Positions 26,266 to 39,395 of a stretch of 64,000 nt of DNA are shown piece after piece. Made by a program: the position numbers and the translations under genes. Position 1 is the first letter of the stretch; the number at the start of each line of letters is the position of its first letter. The DNA is from Octopus vulgaris (Eukaryota), in the NCBI GenBank assembly GCA_951406725.2, contig OX597820.1, positions 47,306,001-47,370,000 of the forward strand, given 5' to 3'. The notes below the pieces were generated by a model, which was not told where the DNA came from, ran no database searches, and saw only the letters and a list, made by a program, of their open reading frames with translations.

Positions 26266-26569
26266 GATCACGTGACCGACCAGGCCATCAGATGTTGCTA
26301 CACATCACTGGTCACAATGCGCTTCACATTGATTTAGCTTTCAATGACGCCACCCCACTGGCTAAGCGAGCAGGCCAATAGAAGAAAGAGTGAGAGAAAG
26401 TTGTGGTGAAAGAGAACAGCAGGGATCACCACCACCCCCTGCCGGAGCCTCGTGGAGCTTTAGGTGTTTTCACTCAATAAACACTCACAACGCCCGGTCT
26501 GGGAATCGAAACCGTGATGCTACGACCGCAAGTCCGCAGCCCTAACCACTAGGCCTTTGCGCCTCCACT
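26266..26569 (-). mobile_element. SINE family B (tail type 1)
   Basis: Matches 20745-21053; TSD tattatatgt; inserted in a ~42-bp tandem repeat. Confidence 0.88.
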
Positions 26570-26736
26570 TATTATATGTACCATAGCAAAATGTGAGAAG
26601 CAAGCCTTCATATGTATTACATGTACCCTAGAAAAATATGAGAAACAAGCCTTCATATGTGGTACTCCAGCGTGGCTACGAACCAACCTGCAGAAATAAA
26701 CTAAAGGACATTACAAAAAAGTATATAAATCACTGC

Positions 26737-27075
26737 GAAGGCGCATGGCTCAGTGGTTAGAGCATTGGGCTCACAATCATGAGGTAGTGGGTTCGATTCA
26801 TGGACCGAGCTGTGTGTTTTGCTCTTGAGCAAGACACTTTATTTCATGTTGCTCCAGTTCACTCAGCTGTGGAAATGGGTTGCGACGTTACTGGAGCCAA
26901 GCTGTATTGGCCTTTGCCTTACCCTTGGATAACATCGGTGGTGTGGAACGGGAAGGCTGGTGTAAATGTGTGACTGCTGGTCTTCCATAAACAGCCTTGC
27001 CCAGACTTGTGCCTTGGAAGGGAACTTCCTAGACGCAATCTCTTGCTCATTTATGATCGAAGGAGGTATTTACCT
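26737..27075 (+). mobile_element. SINE family E
   Basis: Head ggcgcatggctcagtggttagagc...gggttcgattc; body cttgagcaagacactttatttc. Confidence 0.83.
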
Positions 27076-27975
27076 CTATATAAACCATGTCGTGGAATAT
27101 ATTCATTTACTAGGTCATAGGTGGATAAAATGTTTTGATATTTTTACAATATATGTAACTATTAAAAATAAAAACTAAAGTTATATATATATGCTTTAAA
27201 TGAGTAACATATATCTACTGTGATGGTACGTGTTTCGATTTCAATGTAGAATCTCGGATTAAACAAAAGATTTAACAAAAAAAAATAATAAACATGCAAG
27301 GGGAATAACTCGTAAATATTTTATGAGTCATCTCCCTTCAAAATAAAATATCGTTTCACAATATATTTTTGCAAATGGTACTTAATTTATCGACCCCGAA
27401 AGGATAAAAGGTAAAGTCAACCTCGGCGGAATTTGAACTCAAAACACAAAGACAGAGGGAAAATAATAATAATAATAATAATAATTTGCGTACTGGGGTC
27501 GATCTAATCGACTGGCCCTTTCCCACCAAATTTCGGGCCTTGTGCCTAGAGTAGGAAAGATTATTATTATTTAGGCACAAGGCAAGCATTTTTGAGATGA
27601 AAGGGTTAATACTCAGCTACAGGACTGGTACTTCTTTATTTTATCGAACCCGGAGAGATGAAAAACAAAACTGACTTCGGCGTCTTTTGAACCCGAAGCA
27701 TAAAAAGTTAACAGAAATACTACGAGGCATTTTTTCGGACACTCTAACAAATCCGTTACCTCAATGCCTACAGCGAAGGCAATTTTAGCAGATCGACCGA
27801 GCACGAGTGTGACTCACATTACCTTACGTTTTCGTAACCGGTCACAAATGACACTCCCCACTAGGAAAATAGGTGTCACATTGTCACATATTCCGTTATA
27901 TTTCAGTGCCGCGTTCAACTCATCTTGTGATTATACATAGTTTGAAGTTGAGGGATCTCTTCAATCTGACTTATT

Positions 27976-28016
<41 letters not shown>

Positions 28017-28189
28017 TCCCTCTCTCCCTCTCCCTCTCCCTCTCCCTCTCCCCCTCTCTCTCTGTCTCTCTGCACAAGCACTCAGCTCTGCGAGCAATGC
28101 TTCTAATAGTAGAAAAACTGTAAATTAATGAATGAAATTACGGGATTCTGCTTTTTAGGTATCGTAGTAAGCATTCCACACCTCTTCGC

Positions 28190-28236
<47 letters not shown>

Positions 28237-28367
28237 CGTGTGTGTGTGAGTGTGAGTGTGTGTGTGTGTAATTTGGATGCTCTATGAACTTCAGAACTAA
28301 CTCTCCATTCTTGTTTTTTACATGTATGTATGTGTGTGTATGTATTTATGTATGTATGTATGTGTGT

Positions 28368-28404
<37 letters not shown>

Positions 28405-28714
28405 TGTGTCTTCTGTTTTTAGTTACTTGTAGTCTTCTTGCGAACGAAAAACTTGCCTCTAACGACGATACAAAGCTCAATCTTTGGAATGTGGATAATA
28501 AAAACAAATTCACATTCTAAACTTGAGAAAAGTATTGCATATTTTTTGCTGTTCCACTTACAGATTGTGTTCATAATGTGCGTGTTAGCTGGACGGTTTC
28601 TTTTTCTGAAAACCCCAATTTATCTAAATTGTCATTTAAGGATTTATTTACAAAACCAAGTGCACCAATTGTCATCGATATAAATATAAACTTATGATCT
28701 TAACTTAGAAACCT

Positions 28715-31640
28715 CATAACACAAACGATGTAGCCTTCCCGGCGGTGTTAGAGAGAGAGAGAGAGTAGAGATTGAGTTTTTTTAGTCGACCCCAATAGTC
28801 AACGCCTATCATGCCGTCTATCTTTCTTGTTATTGACCTCTGGATTGCTTCCAGTTTCATAATGAGTTGCTTCGTAAGGGGAGACTACAGTGAGCAACAG
28901 GTGGGGTCGGGCAAAAGTAGAGTAGAGAAGGATGATGGTGTGGGCATCTCTAGACCGGAAAGTTCTCAGAATCCAGGAGTACATCTGGCGGGCCAAGTTA
29001 ATCTTGTTGTTTACGTGGGAACTCCAGCTTAGATTGTTATCAACAATTACTCCAAGATCTCTGGTGTTGTTGGATGACACTAAGGAGTCGCTTGATGGAA
29101 GAACATATGGTAATTTCAGAGTGTCCTTTTTTTCCAAAGTGGATAAAACCAAACTTATCTTCATTTAGAAGCATATTGTTTTCCCCACTCATTGGACAAC
29201 AGCAAACAGATCCGACTGAAAGCAATGTTCGGTCTCCTATACCGTTTATAGCTTTCTGGAGTTTAGAATCATCTGCAAAGATTTTCAATGTTGAATGTTT
29301 GATGACGTCCACTATGTCATTGATGTAGATAATGAAGAGGAGTGGGCCCAACACAGGACCTTGTGGGATACCACTATTAACTTTAGCTAAGCTGGATCGT
29401 ATTCCCTCAAACACAACATGTTGGGTTCCGTTTGTCAGGAAACACTTTATCTACTGCAGCAGCTTTCCATGGAATCCATGTGGACAGTTTCTTCAGCAGG
29501 ATTTTGTGGTCTACTCTGTCAAATACCTTGCTGAAATCAAGGCATATGACGTCAGTGTTGGAGCCTTTTCCCAATGCTTTTAAGATGTTATCAAAATGAT
29601 GCAGAAGCTGCGACAGACTGTCCTTGCCATCATGGAAACTATGCTGGTTGGGGTTCAGCAGATTGTTGCCTTCGAGGAAGTGAGTTATTTGCGATCTCAC
29701 CACCCTCTCAAATACTTTAATGATATGAGAGGTGAGTGAAATCGGACGGAAGTTCACTGCAAGAGATTTGTTCCCCCTTTTGAAGACTGGAACGTTAGAC
29801 TGGGAAAGAAAATGATCAGGAATGTAGCCTGCATCAAGTGAGTTTACCCCGAGCTCAGCAACAGGGATTGCAAGTTGATGTCGACACATCTTCAGGACAG
29901 TGGAGGCACATGGCCAAGTGGTTAGAATAGCGGACTCGCGGTCGAGGGATCGCGGGTTCGAATCTCAGACCGGGCGATGTGTATGTTTATGAGTGAAATA
30001 CCTAAGCTCCACGCGGCTCCTGCAGAAGTTAATGGCGAACTTCTGATGACTCTTTCGTTACAACTTTCTCTCTCTCTTTCCTCCTGCATCTTGCAGCTCA
30101 CCTGCGATGGACCGGCGTCTCGTCCAGGTGGGGAACCTATACGCCAAGGAAACCAGGAAACCGGCCCTTATGAGCCAGGCGTGGCTCGAGAAGGAACATC
30201 TTCAGGATAGTGGCCGGGAACTTATCGGGACCTACTGCCGAATTGTGCTTCATCTTATTTATTTCTGTTAGGATGTCAGGAGCACCAAAAGTTATGTCAG
30301 ATATGGTTAATTGAGGATTTACATCACTGATACTAGCCAGATCAACCGCGTTAGCGTTACTGAAAACAGAGCAGTATTGTTTCTGCAGTATCTCGCACAA
30401 GGATTTTGCATCATAATGTAGAGTGTTGTTCTCATCAACCAGAGGACCAAAAGTGGAAACAACGTCTTTATGTTTTTTTTTTGCAAATGAAAAGAACACT
30501 TCGGGATTGAGTTTTATTTTCTCAATGGCCCAATTCTTCTCAGCTGCTCTTTGTTTGTTAATGGTGGTCATCGTGCTTTTTTGGAGGTTGTGTTTTTTCG
30601 ATACGAGTGATGCAATGACAGTCAAATGGGTGCGTTGCTGCTGGAAGTATTTAAGTTGGTTGATTTTCTTTTTAATTCTTTTTATTTTTCTGATAATTGC
30701 TCTTCTATTTCAATGGATTCTGCACTTAGATTTGTATACTGATCTTAATGGAGTATGGTTTGCGCATATATTTGTTACAGTATCTACAAATGTCTGCCAT
30801 GATGTGTTCATGTTGGTGGGGGTGGGGGTGCGTACGAGAAGACCCAATCAACTTGTGAAAGATCATGATTGATCGTATCCCAGTCTGCGTTATGAAGATC
30901 CATAGTGTCAAATGGATGGGAGGGAGAGATGTCATTGGATTTGATCTTTGGATGGTAGAATCTCAGATCGCAGAGAACCATGTCATGGTCTGAGAGTAGT
31001 GGTCTTTTTTCCCCTCTGCAATAGTGAGGATAGTGTCAGTGCGGTTACTGAACACATGGTCCAAGGTGTTTTTGTGACACCTTGTTGGTTCGAGAACAAA
31101 TTGGGTCAGGAAAAACTCATCCATGAAATCAAAAAGCAATTCGATTGCTTCTTTATCACGGGTTGAGGTGAATAAACCTGGTTTCAAGCTGTTTGTGGAC
31201 CAATCAACACTGAGAAGGTTGAAGTCCCCCATCATTAATATGTTGTCAGTATTACACTGATGGATGAAATACTTAATACTGTTGAGGCATTCCTTGAAGC
31301 GTAGTAAAAGAGTTAAGGGTGGTCTATAGAGCCCAACTACCATTAAATTGTTGGTTTTACTATACACATAAGCTGCTTCACAGTAGCCATTGGTAAATAC
31401 GTCCATTGCTTCAGCCGTACCTCAGCTTCCAAGTGGAAGTTATTGAGATGGGTCTCTGTGAGTACGAAGAAAGGGACATGGTGCGGATGGTCATTAACCC
31501 AATCCTCAATAAATTGGATCTTCCATTTTGGGGCATTGGTGGAAGGGCTGATGCCTTGTGCATTGAGCAAAAATGTTGGAGCGATAGTGGGGACTGATTT
31601 TGACTGTTTTGGTGATTTGCTTGTTAATGGCAGCACTGAG
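28715..31640 (-). mobile_element. Decayed CR1/L2-group LINE ORF2 (APE endonuclease + reverse transcriptase), frameshifted, with a SINE insertion
   Basis: Endonuclease motifs LTETHL, GLYRPP, MGDFN, EPTR..NTLD. RT motifs GPDK, NFRPISLTS, LDFSKVFDRVDH, SGIPQGPVLGPLLFIIYIND, IFADDSK, DLGVIVD, LDYWGRLKKLNLYSL. Confidence 0.92.
29901..30195 (+). mobile_element. SINE family B (tail type 2) inserted in the LINE
   Basis: TSD acatcttcagga(c/t)ag at 29886-29900 / 30196-30210. Confidence 0.9.
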
Positions 31641-31930
31641 AGTTTAATTTTGCGCATGCGCATTGTTTGTTTTTGATTTTGCCGACTACACAACGACAAC
31701 GTCTGTGAGAAAAAAAAACATCTCCATGACGCAATTCACTCAGCCAGAAATTTGGAAACGACATGCTGTACTGCTTGGCATTCGCACAGAAAGCTCCAAT
31801 ACGAACGGATGGTGCACACGCAGAACAGCCGTTGGCTTGCCGTGTCCCCAAAGCATGTACCGAGAGTGATAGAAATCAAACATCCAGTCAACACTAGAAT
31901 TAAAATGATTTAGATAACATCACTGATGAT

Positions 31931-31944
31931 TTAAATATATTTAA
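31931..31944. promoter_or_regulatory. Palindromic TATA-like element TTAAATATATTTAA upstream of tRNA-Gly (present in all four cassettes)
   Basis: Lies about -32 to -19 from the tRNA start, where TFIIIB/TBP binds Pol III genes. Function is inferred. Confidence 0.45.
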
Positions 31945-31962
31945 TGAAGTATCTAACTGTCA

Positions 31963-32033
31963 GCATCGGTGGTTCAGTGGTAGAATGCTCGCCTGCCACG
32001 CGGGCGGCCCGGGTTCGATTCCCGGCCGATGCA
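31963..32033 (+). tRNA. tRNA-Gly(GCC), copy 1
   Basis: 71-nt GCATCGGTGGTTCAGTGGTAGAATGCTCGCCTGCCACGCGGGCGGCCCGGGTTCGATTCCCGGCCGATGCA. Full cloverleaf, A and B boxes, GCC anticodon, T4/T5 run 14-23 nt downstream. Confidence 0.98.
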
Positions 32034-32603
32034 TATGAAAGTCTCATTTTATTTTTATTGAGTTATTTCTATATTATTTTTGGCGACATTTCGAATGTCT
32101 CTTAAAGAGTCAACTTCAATTTTAATCAGAAACTTGAGACAAGTAATATTCGTTCACAGCACTTGTATTCTATTACGTGTGGGTCTATGTCTGTGTGTCC
32201 GCATAGTCATTTGACTGACAACATCCAGTTTTAGGTGCAGGAGTGGCTGTATGGTAAGGGTTTGCTTCACAACCAGAGTTCAGGGTTCAATCCCACTGCG
32301 GAGCCTTGTGAGTGGATTTGGTTGATGGTAACTGAAAGAAGCCCGTCATATCTGTGTGTGTGTGTGTGTGTGTGTTCCCCATCACCGCTTGAGAACCGGT
32401 ATTGGTGTATTTACGTTCCCGCAACTTAGCAGTTCGGCAAACGAGGCCTATAGAATAACGACTAAGCTTTAAAAGAAAATAATAAGTACTGGGGTCGACC
32501 CGTTTGATTAAAAATTCTCCAAGGTAGTGCCGTCCAAGGCCTTGTGGGTGGATTTGGTGGACGGAGGCTAAAGGAGGCCCGTCGTATATATGTGTAAATA
32601 TAT

Positions 32604-32690
<87 letters not shown>

Positions 32691-32708
32691 TATATAGGAA
32701 GTATTTAA

Positions 32709-33800
32709 GTTGCTGCTGGAAGTATTTAAGTTGGTTGATTTTCTTTTTAATTCTTTTTATTTTTCTGATAATTGCTCTTCTATTTCAATGGATTCTGCAC
32801 TTAGATTTGTATACTGATCTTAATGGAGTATGGTTTGCGCATATATTTGTTACAGTATCTACAAATGTCTGCCATGATGTATTCATGTTGGTGGGGTGGG
32901 GTGCGTACGAGAAGACCCAATCAACTTGTGAAAGATCATGATTGATCGTATCCCAGTCTGCGTTATGAAGATCCATAGTGTCAAATGGATGGGCTGGAGA
33001 GATATCACTGGATTTGATCTTTGACTGGTAGAATCTCAGATCGCAGAGAACCATGTCATGGTCTGAGAGTAGTGGTCTTTTTTCCCCTCTGCAATAGTGA
33101 AGATAGTGTCAGTGAGGTTACTGAACACATGGTCCAAGGTGTTTTTGTGACACCTTGTTGGTTCGAGAACAAGTTGGGTCAGGAAAAACTCATCCATGAA
33201 ATCAAAAAGCAATTCGATTGCTTCCTTATCACGGGTTGAGGTGAATAAACCTGGTGTCAAGCTGTTTGTGGACCAATCGACTCTGAGAAGGTTAAAGTCC
33301 CCCATCATTAATATGTTGTCAGCATTACACTGATTGATGAAATACTTAATACTGTTGAGGCATTCCTTGAAGCGTAGTAAAAGAGTTAAGGGTGGTCTAT
33401 AGAGCCCAACTACCATTAAATTGTTGGTTTTACTATACACATAAGCTGCTTCACAGTAGCCATTGGTAAATATGTCCATTGCTTCAACCGAAAAAGAATC
33501 GTGTACGAAAATGGCGGTCCCACCCTTTCTTCTGCCGACACTATCTGCACGGATAGCTGTAAAATTCTTCACTCGTACCTCAGCTTCCAAGTGGAAGTTA
33601 TTGAGATGGGTCTCTGTGAGTACAAAGAAAGGGATATGGTGCGGATGGTCATTAACCTAATCCTCCATAAATTGGATCTTCCATTTTGGGGCATTGGTGG
33701 AAGGGCTGATGCCTTGTGCATTGAGCAAAAATGTTGGAGCGATAGTGGGGACTGATTTTGACTGTTTTGGTGATTTGCTTGTTAATGGCAGCACTGAGAG
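32709..33800 (-). mobile_element. Duplicated 5' (endonuclease) part of the same LINE
   Basis: Closely matches 30634-31640 and retains the ~90-bp RADSVGRRKGGTAIFV segment that is deleted in the first copy. Confidence 0.9.
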
Positions 33801-34117
33801 TTTAATTTTGCGCATGTGCATTGTTTGTTTTTGATTTTGTCGACTACCCAACGACAACGTCTGTGAGAAAAAAACATCTCCATGACGCAATTCACTCAGC
33901 CAGAAATTTGGAAACAACATGCTGTACTGCTCGGCATTCGCACAGAAAGCTCCAATACGAACGGATGGTGCACACACAGAACAGCCGTTGGCTTGCAGTG
34001 TCCTCAAAACATGTACCTAGAGTGGTAAAAATCAAAAATCCAGTCAACACTAGAATTAAATGATTTAGATAACATCACTGATGATTTAAATATATTTAAT
34101 GAAATATCTGACTGTCA

Positions 34118-34188
34118 GCATCGGTGGTTCAGTGGTAGAATGCTCGCCTGCCACGCGGGCGGCCCGGGTTCGATTCCCGGCCGATGCA
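34118..34188 (+). tRNA. tRNA-Gly(GCC), copy 2
   Basis: Identical 71-mer; T5 terminator at 34201. Confidence 0.98.
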
Positions 34189-34748
34189 TATGAAAGTCTA
34201 TTTTTATTTTCTATATTATCTTTTGGCGACATTTCGAATGTCTCTTAAAGAGTCAACTTCAATTTTAATAAGAAACTTGAGACAAGTAATATTCATTCAC
34301 AGCACTTGTATTCTATTACGTGTGGGTCTATGTCTGTGTGTCCCGCATAGTCATTTGACTGACAACATCCAGTTTTAGGTGCAGGAGTGGCTGTATGGTA
34401 AGGATTTGCTTCACAACCAGAGTTCAGGGTTTAATCCCACTGCGTAGCCTTGTGAGTGGATTTGGTTGATGGTAACTGAAAGAAGCCCGTCATATCTCTG
34501 TGTGTGTGTGTTCCCCATCACCGCTTGAGAACCGGTATTGGTGTATTTACGTTCCCGCAACTTAGCAGTTCGGCAAACGAGGCCTATAGAATAACGACTA
34601 AGCTTTAAAAGAAAATAATAAGTACTGGGGTCGACCCGTTTGATTAAAAATTCTCCAAGGTAGTGCTCCTACATAGCCTCGGGCCGTCCAAGGCCTTGTA
34701 GGTGGATTTGGTGGACGGAGGCTAAAGGAGGCCCGTCGTATATATGTG

Positions 34749-34790
<42 letters not shown>

Positions 34791-34796
34791 TATCTG

Positions 34797-35381
34797 TAAA
34801 TGGTGTTTTGAGTGATCACTAGTGATGGCAACGTTATGCCCCCATTCATCTTCCACACAACCTCAGACTCAACACGGAGGCCTACATCAAGTGTCTGGAG
34901 AAGGTAGTGCTGCCTTGGGTCAAGAGACTGGCTGCTGGAAGACCCTGTGTCCGGCAACAGGGCTCTGCACCATGCCACACAAGCAGTCAGACTGTCAGAC
35001 AATTTTTGCCACCACATCACCCCTAACATCTGGTCACTTAATTCCCCAGACTGCAACTCCCTTGATTATTAAGTGTGGAGCGCAGTTGGGCGAGAGACCA
35101 AGAAAACTCCTTGTAACACCTAAGATAAACTGAAGGCAGCAAAGATTATGGCAGCATTCACCAACTTAAACAAGGAGATCGTCCAGAAGGATTACAGGAG
35201 ATTCCGAAGTCGTCTGGAGGCCGTGGTTGAAGCCAATGGCGATTTTATTGAATAAATTTATTCTTTAATATTTTCAAGATATTTTAATGTAATTTTGGTA
35301 AAATGTGTTAAAATGTTAAAATGTGTGGTCAGTGTTATTTTCATTTTTGCGTAGACGACAATTTATTCACCGTACCTTGTA
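34797..35381 (+). mobile_element. 3' half of a Tc1/mariner-superfamily (maT-like) transposon
   Basis: Decayed translation SDGNVMPPFIF, LNTEAYIKCLEKVVLPWVK, QQGSAPCHTS, NSPDCNSLDY. Confidence 0.75.
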
Positions 35382-35399
35382 TTTTACATATATGTATGT

Positions 35400-35444
<45 letters not shown>

Positions 35445-35529
35445 TTCACATAGATGCATACATACATACATACATACATACATACATGTTTGTGTGTATG
35501 CATATATGCGTGTATATACACACACACAG

Positions 35530-35561
<32 letters not shown>

Positions 35562-37058
35562 GTGTGTGTGTGTATGTGTGTGTGTGTGTGTGTGTGTGCG
35601 TGCGTGCGTGCGCGTGTACAACAAGACAGTAATTGCAGCATCATGTTGCTTGCTATCTTACTGTCTTACTCCTCTTACATCAAATACTTTATTAAATACT
35701 TAAGTAAATTTATCGAATACTTTAAATCAATTAACGAGTTGAGTGAGACTGCAGACAGGCTGAGATATATGACCGTATACAGTGTTTTCCGCTTGAAACG
35801 TTAGAATTTTCGTCTCCGTCACAGCAAACCAATTTATTCCATTTTTGAACTAGCAATAGATTGGTCGAACCTCATCGTTCGATCGATATTCTAGTCTTGA
35901 TCGTACTACTCTGATGTCTGTGCGACTTTACAGTGTCCAGATAAAACAATTTTCACTTCTTCCGGTATTCTATATCTAGCCGATCGAAAAGTAGACCTTT
36001 ACGCAACAATACATAACTTCGCTATAACATTAATATTCTGAAGTCTTGTCTTTAACGCTTTCAACGATATTATAAACTGTCTTTAAATATCACATAGAGT
36101 CTCTTTATCTTCGTCTTTCGCTAACACTATAATGTCTTACTCACTAATTTAGCGTTTTCTAATCGAGGCTGCCCGGAACTCTAGGTCGCTCGGGGTTCCG
36201 CTGGAAACTCTGATAGAGAGGCTATTTGTATGCAAATGAGTTTTTGAGTAGTTTGAGCGTTTAATTCCATTTTCGTAATTTTATTAAACACACTCGGCGT
36301 ATTCTCTAAAGTAAGGAAACTCTGGCACCTGTAGGCAGCCTCCTAACAGGAAAAGGGAATGGTTGGGGAAAATGGCCTAAACAAGGTCTTGGTTAAGATG
36401 AAATTTCTTAAACCTTCTTTTAGGCATCAGATGGATTTAGTTCTGCCAAACTTTTTTCAAACCCAGTTTTTCTCATTTTTAAAAATCTCATGAAATTTAA
36501 CGGTTTAGAAGAGGCGGTGCTTCAGCTTTAAGACAGTGCTCCAGTATGGTCACAATCAAATGACTAAAACAAGTAAAAGAATAAAAGAATATATACACAC
36601 ACATGCGCACGCACACACAGACACACACGTATGTATGTATGTATATATATATATATATATATACCGCTATGGGCTCCGTGTGAGCAATCATCTGAAAGTT
36701 TTTTGTGCATTTTGATGTTGACATAAGTTCCTTGCTTTTCCTGAAGAGAAAGCGGCATAATGTACTCCTTATTCCTTCGCAATTAGGAATATGCAGCCTT
36801 CGAAACATATATCGAAAATAAAGGAATTTTGTTAATTCGTCGTTCAACTCCATTCTTACATATATTTATATTTTAAAAATAAACATACAAATTTCCACAC
36901 GAAAGCACGTAATCTATGCCCAAGGCACGTAACTTCGACCGTGTTTTTTCTGATGTGAATTTGCTACCCAGGTATCGGTTAATTCGAATTATCCTTAATA
37001 ATATAATTCATTCAACTACTCAAATATATATATATATATATATATAAATATATATATA

Positions 37059-38226
37059 TCAGGTCATTAAGAATGAAATGTCCGATATTGAACTGAAAGT
37101 TTATTTTACTTTATCTCAACAAAAAGCTTTGTAGTTAATCAAAGTATGCACCTGAATTATTAACACAATTTTGCCATTTTATCGGTAGCCTATTTATGCC
37201 ACCAGCAAAGAACTCTGGAGAGCAAGAGGTGATGAAATCACGAAAAGCTGTTTTCGCATCTTCTTCAGGTTTGAAGTTTTTCCTGTAACTTGAGTAACGT
37301 TCTTTGTGCAACATGTGGTCGAGCATTGCCTCGCAAGAGAATTGGCCTCTTTTGGCCAATCTCGGTTCTTTAATTGCAAGTTCACTCATCATTTCATCCA
37401 GTTTATTGATGCATTCATCCGCTGTAATTGACTTACCAGGTCTCATGAAGCTAAAGTGGATGACATCAGCGCTGGACCACCATACAGACACCATTAGCTT
37501 TTTTTGGTGAATATCATTTTTGTATTGTGTTTTGGTTCTCCGTCTCTATCCAACCATCATGCAGAACGCTTGCTATTGTTGAAAAGAATCCATTTTTCAT
37601 CACACGTAACAATACAATACAAAAATGGTTCACTTTCGTGCCGTGACAGCAAAGAACAGCAAGTTTCAAGACACCGTGTCATTTGATGCTCGTTCAGTTC
37701 GTGTCCAGCTTCTTTACCTTGCTGACTTGCTTCAGATGGTTCAATACAGTTGGAATCGAACCATCAAACCTTGCTGCTAACTTGCTAACTCACGCGTAGT
37801 TTGAGATGTATCCGCTTCCACTACAGTTTTCAGCTCATCATTATTCACCTTGGTCTCAAGTTTACCACAGGGCTGATTTTCAAAAGTAAAGTCACCAGAC
37901 CCGAACTTCTCAAACCATCGACGTACAGTGCACTCATTCACCACATCTTCACCAAACACCTCATTGATGTTTCGAGCTGCCTGGGATGCATTGGCTTAAC
38001 GGCGAAACTCATTCATAAACAAGACAAATTTTTGATCCATCCATGGGTTAACAAAAATTGATTTACAAGAGAAAACACACAGTATAATCACACACGATGA
38101 ATTGCATTTCGAAAAGTGATGATGTAACTCTTCGATGTAAAACAAAAATACGCCAGGATAAAACATTATACTTAACGACTGTCAAACTAGGTGCATAAGA
38201 AAATCGGACATTTCGTTCTTAATGAC

Positions 38227-38230
<4 letters not shown>
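37059..38230 (-). mobile_element. Decayed mariner element with intact TIRs, inserted in (TA)n
   Basis: TIR t(c/t)aggtcattaagaa(t/c)gaaatgtccgat at both ends. HTH fragment FGEDVVNECTVRRWFEKF, MVSVWWS, and C-terminal KWQNCVNNSGAYFD. Confidence 0.92.
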
Positions 38231-38297
<67 letters not shown>

Positions 38298-38626
38298 AAA
38301 ATAGGATAAAATCTTTATAAGAATTTATCAAGTAGTTAACGTGAAAAAAAACCTCATAAGGGAAAAAACACATCAATTTTTCTCTTAAATATATTTATAT
38401 TGAGGGCATTACTATACATAAATGCCACACGATAGGAGGGACTCTTAAAGTCAAACTACAAAAATAAATAAACGCATTGTATCGAATACGAGGGAATGCA
38501 ACTCTCGAAGCGAGCATTTTAAAAACAGAATTCAGCTGCATATCATATGATTTCATAATTAGTGCACATATGCACTTTTTAATCTTCAGTGCGAGCATAA
38601 TTCAAGATATATAAAAAAATGAGCAA

Positions 38627-38699
<73 letters not shown>

Positions 38700-38702
<3 letters not shown>

Positions 38703-38856
38703 TTATGTTCTCTCCGTTTCTTTCTGCGTTCCTTTCTGTGGAAAAGCGTAGGCTCGAAACGTTAAAGACTTTTTCCCGAGCGTTAAACTAATACATCTGT
38801 TTGTTGTCTACACCACCAGTCTTCGTCTTTTGTTCTTTTTTTGTGAATTCTCCCTA
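38700..38856 (+). mobile_element. (TA)n-flanked repeat with hammerhead-like core
   Basis: Second copy of the family, embedded between long TA tracts. Confidence 0.55.
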
Positions 38857-38873
38857 TATATATATATATATGT

Positions 38874-38949
<76 letters not shown>

Positions 38950-39208
38950 TTTTATTCTTTTAGTTGTTCCAGTCATTTGACTGCAGCCATGCTGGAGCAC
39001 CGCTTTAGTCAAACAATTTGACCCCAGGACTTATTCTTTGTAAGCTTAGTACTCATACTATCGCTCTCTTTTGCCGAACCGTATGTTTACGGGGACGTAA
39101 ACACACCGACATCGGTCAAGACAACAAAAGAATGAAAGAGACTTCGATATTATGTAAGTAGAGGAATTTATCTGTAAATGTAATATGTGACAATTATTCG
39201 GTAGCCAT

Positions 39209-39269
39209 GATAAAACTCCGAGTTTCGGATGCCGAGGTGGAAATCCACGCCACCATCTCTTCAGTTATC
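39209..39269 (-). ncRNA. Type I hammerhead ribozyme motif, inverted twin of 39306-39366
   Basis: Same core on the opposite strand, within a 95-bp inverted repeat. Confidence 0.65.
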
Positions 39270-39305
39270 CGGCCATCGGAAAAATACTATGAAAAAAAAA
39301 CCCCG

Positions 39306-39366
39306 GATAACTGAAGAGATGGCGACGTGGATTTCCACCTCGGCATCCGAAACTCGGAGTTTTATC
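39306..39366 (+). ncRNA. Type I hammerhead ribozyme motif with minimal helix III
   Basis: gataa-CTGAAGA-[helix II gatggcgacgtgga/tccacctcggcatc]-c-GAAA-ctcggagt-t-ttatc. Helix I gataa/ttatc, helix III ACTC/GAGT, cleavage triplet GUU. Confidence 0.7.
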
Positions 39367-39395
39367 ATGGCTACTGAATAACTGTCACATATTAC

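Larger units (their letters stand above)
30634..34790 (+). repeat. ~2.1-kb tandem duplication (30634-32696 / 32709-34790) containing LINE 5' part, tRNA-Gly and SINE
   Basis: Direct alignment by eye, roughly 95% identical; the junction lies in a (TA)n tract. Confidence 0.9.

Noticed and set aside
29901-29975. tRNA-like sequences at SINE 5' ends (also 26737, 51560, 3520)
   Set aside because: A/B boxes are present but there is no closed acceptor stem; they continue into SINE bodies bounded by TSDs.
35690-36860. Non-repetitive-looking segment at the centre of the tRNA array, including the 118-aa ORF MELNDELTK
   Set aside because: Frames tried gave frequent stops and no recognisable family; probably decayed transposon DNA, left unassigned.
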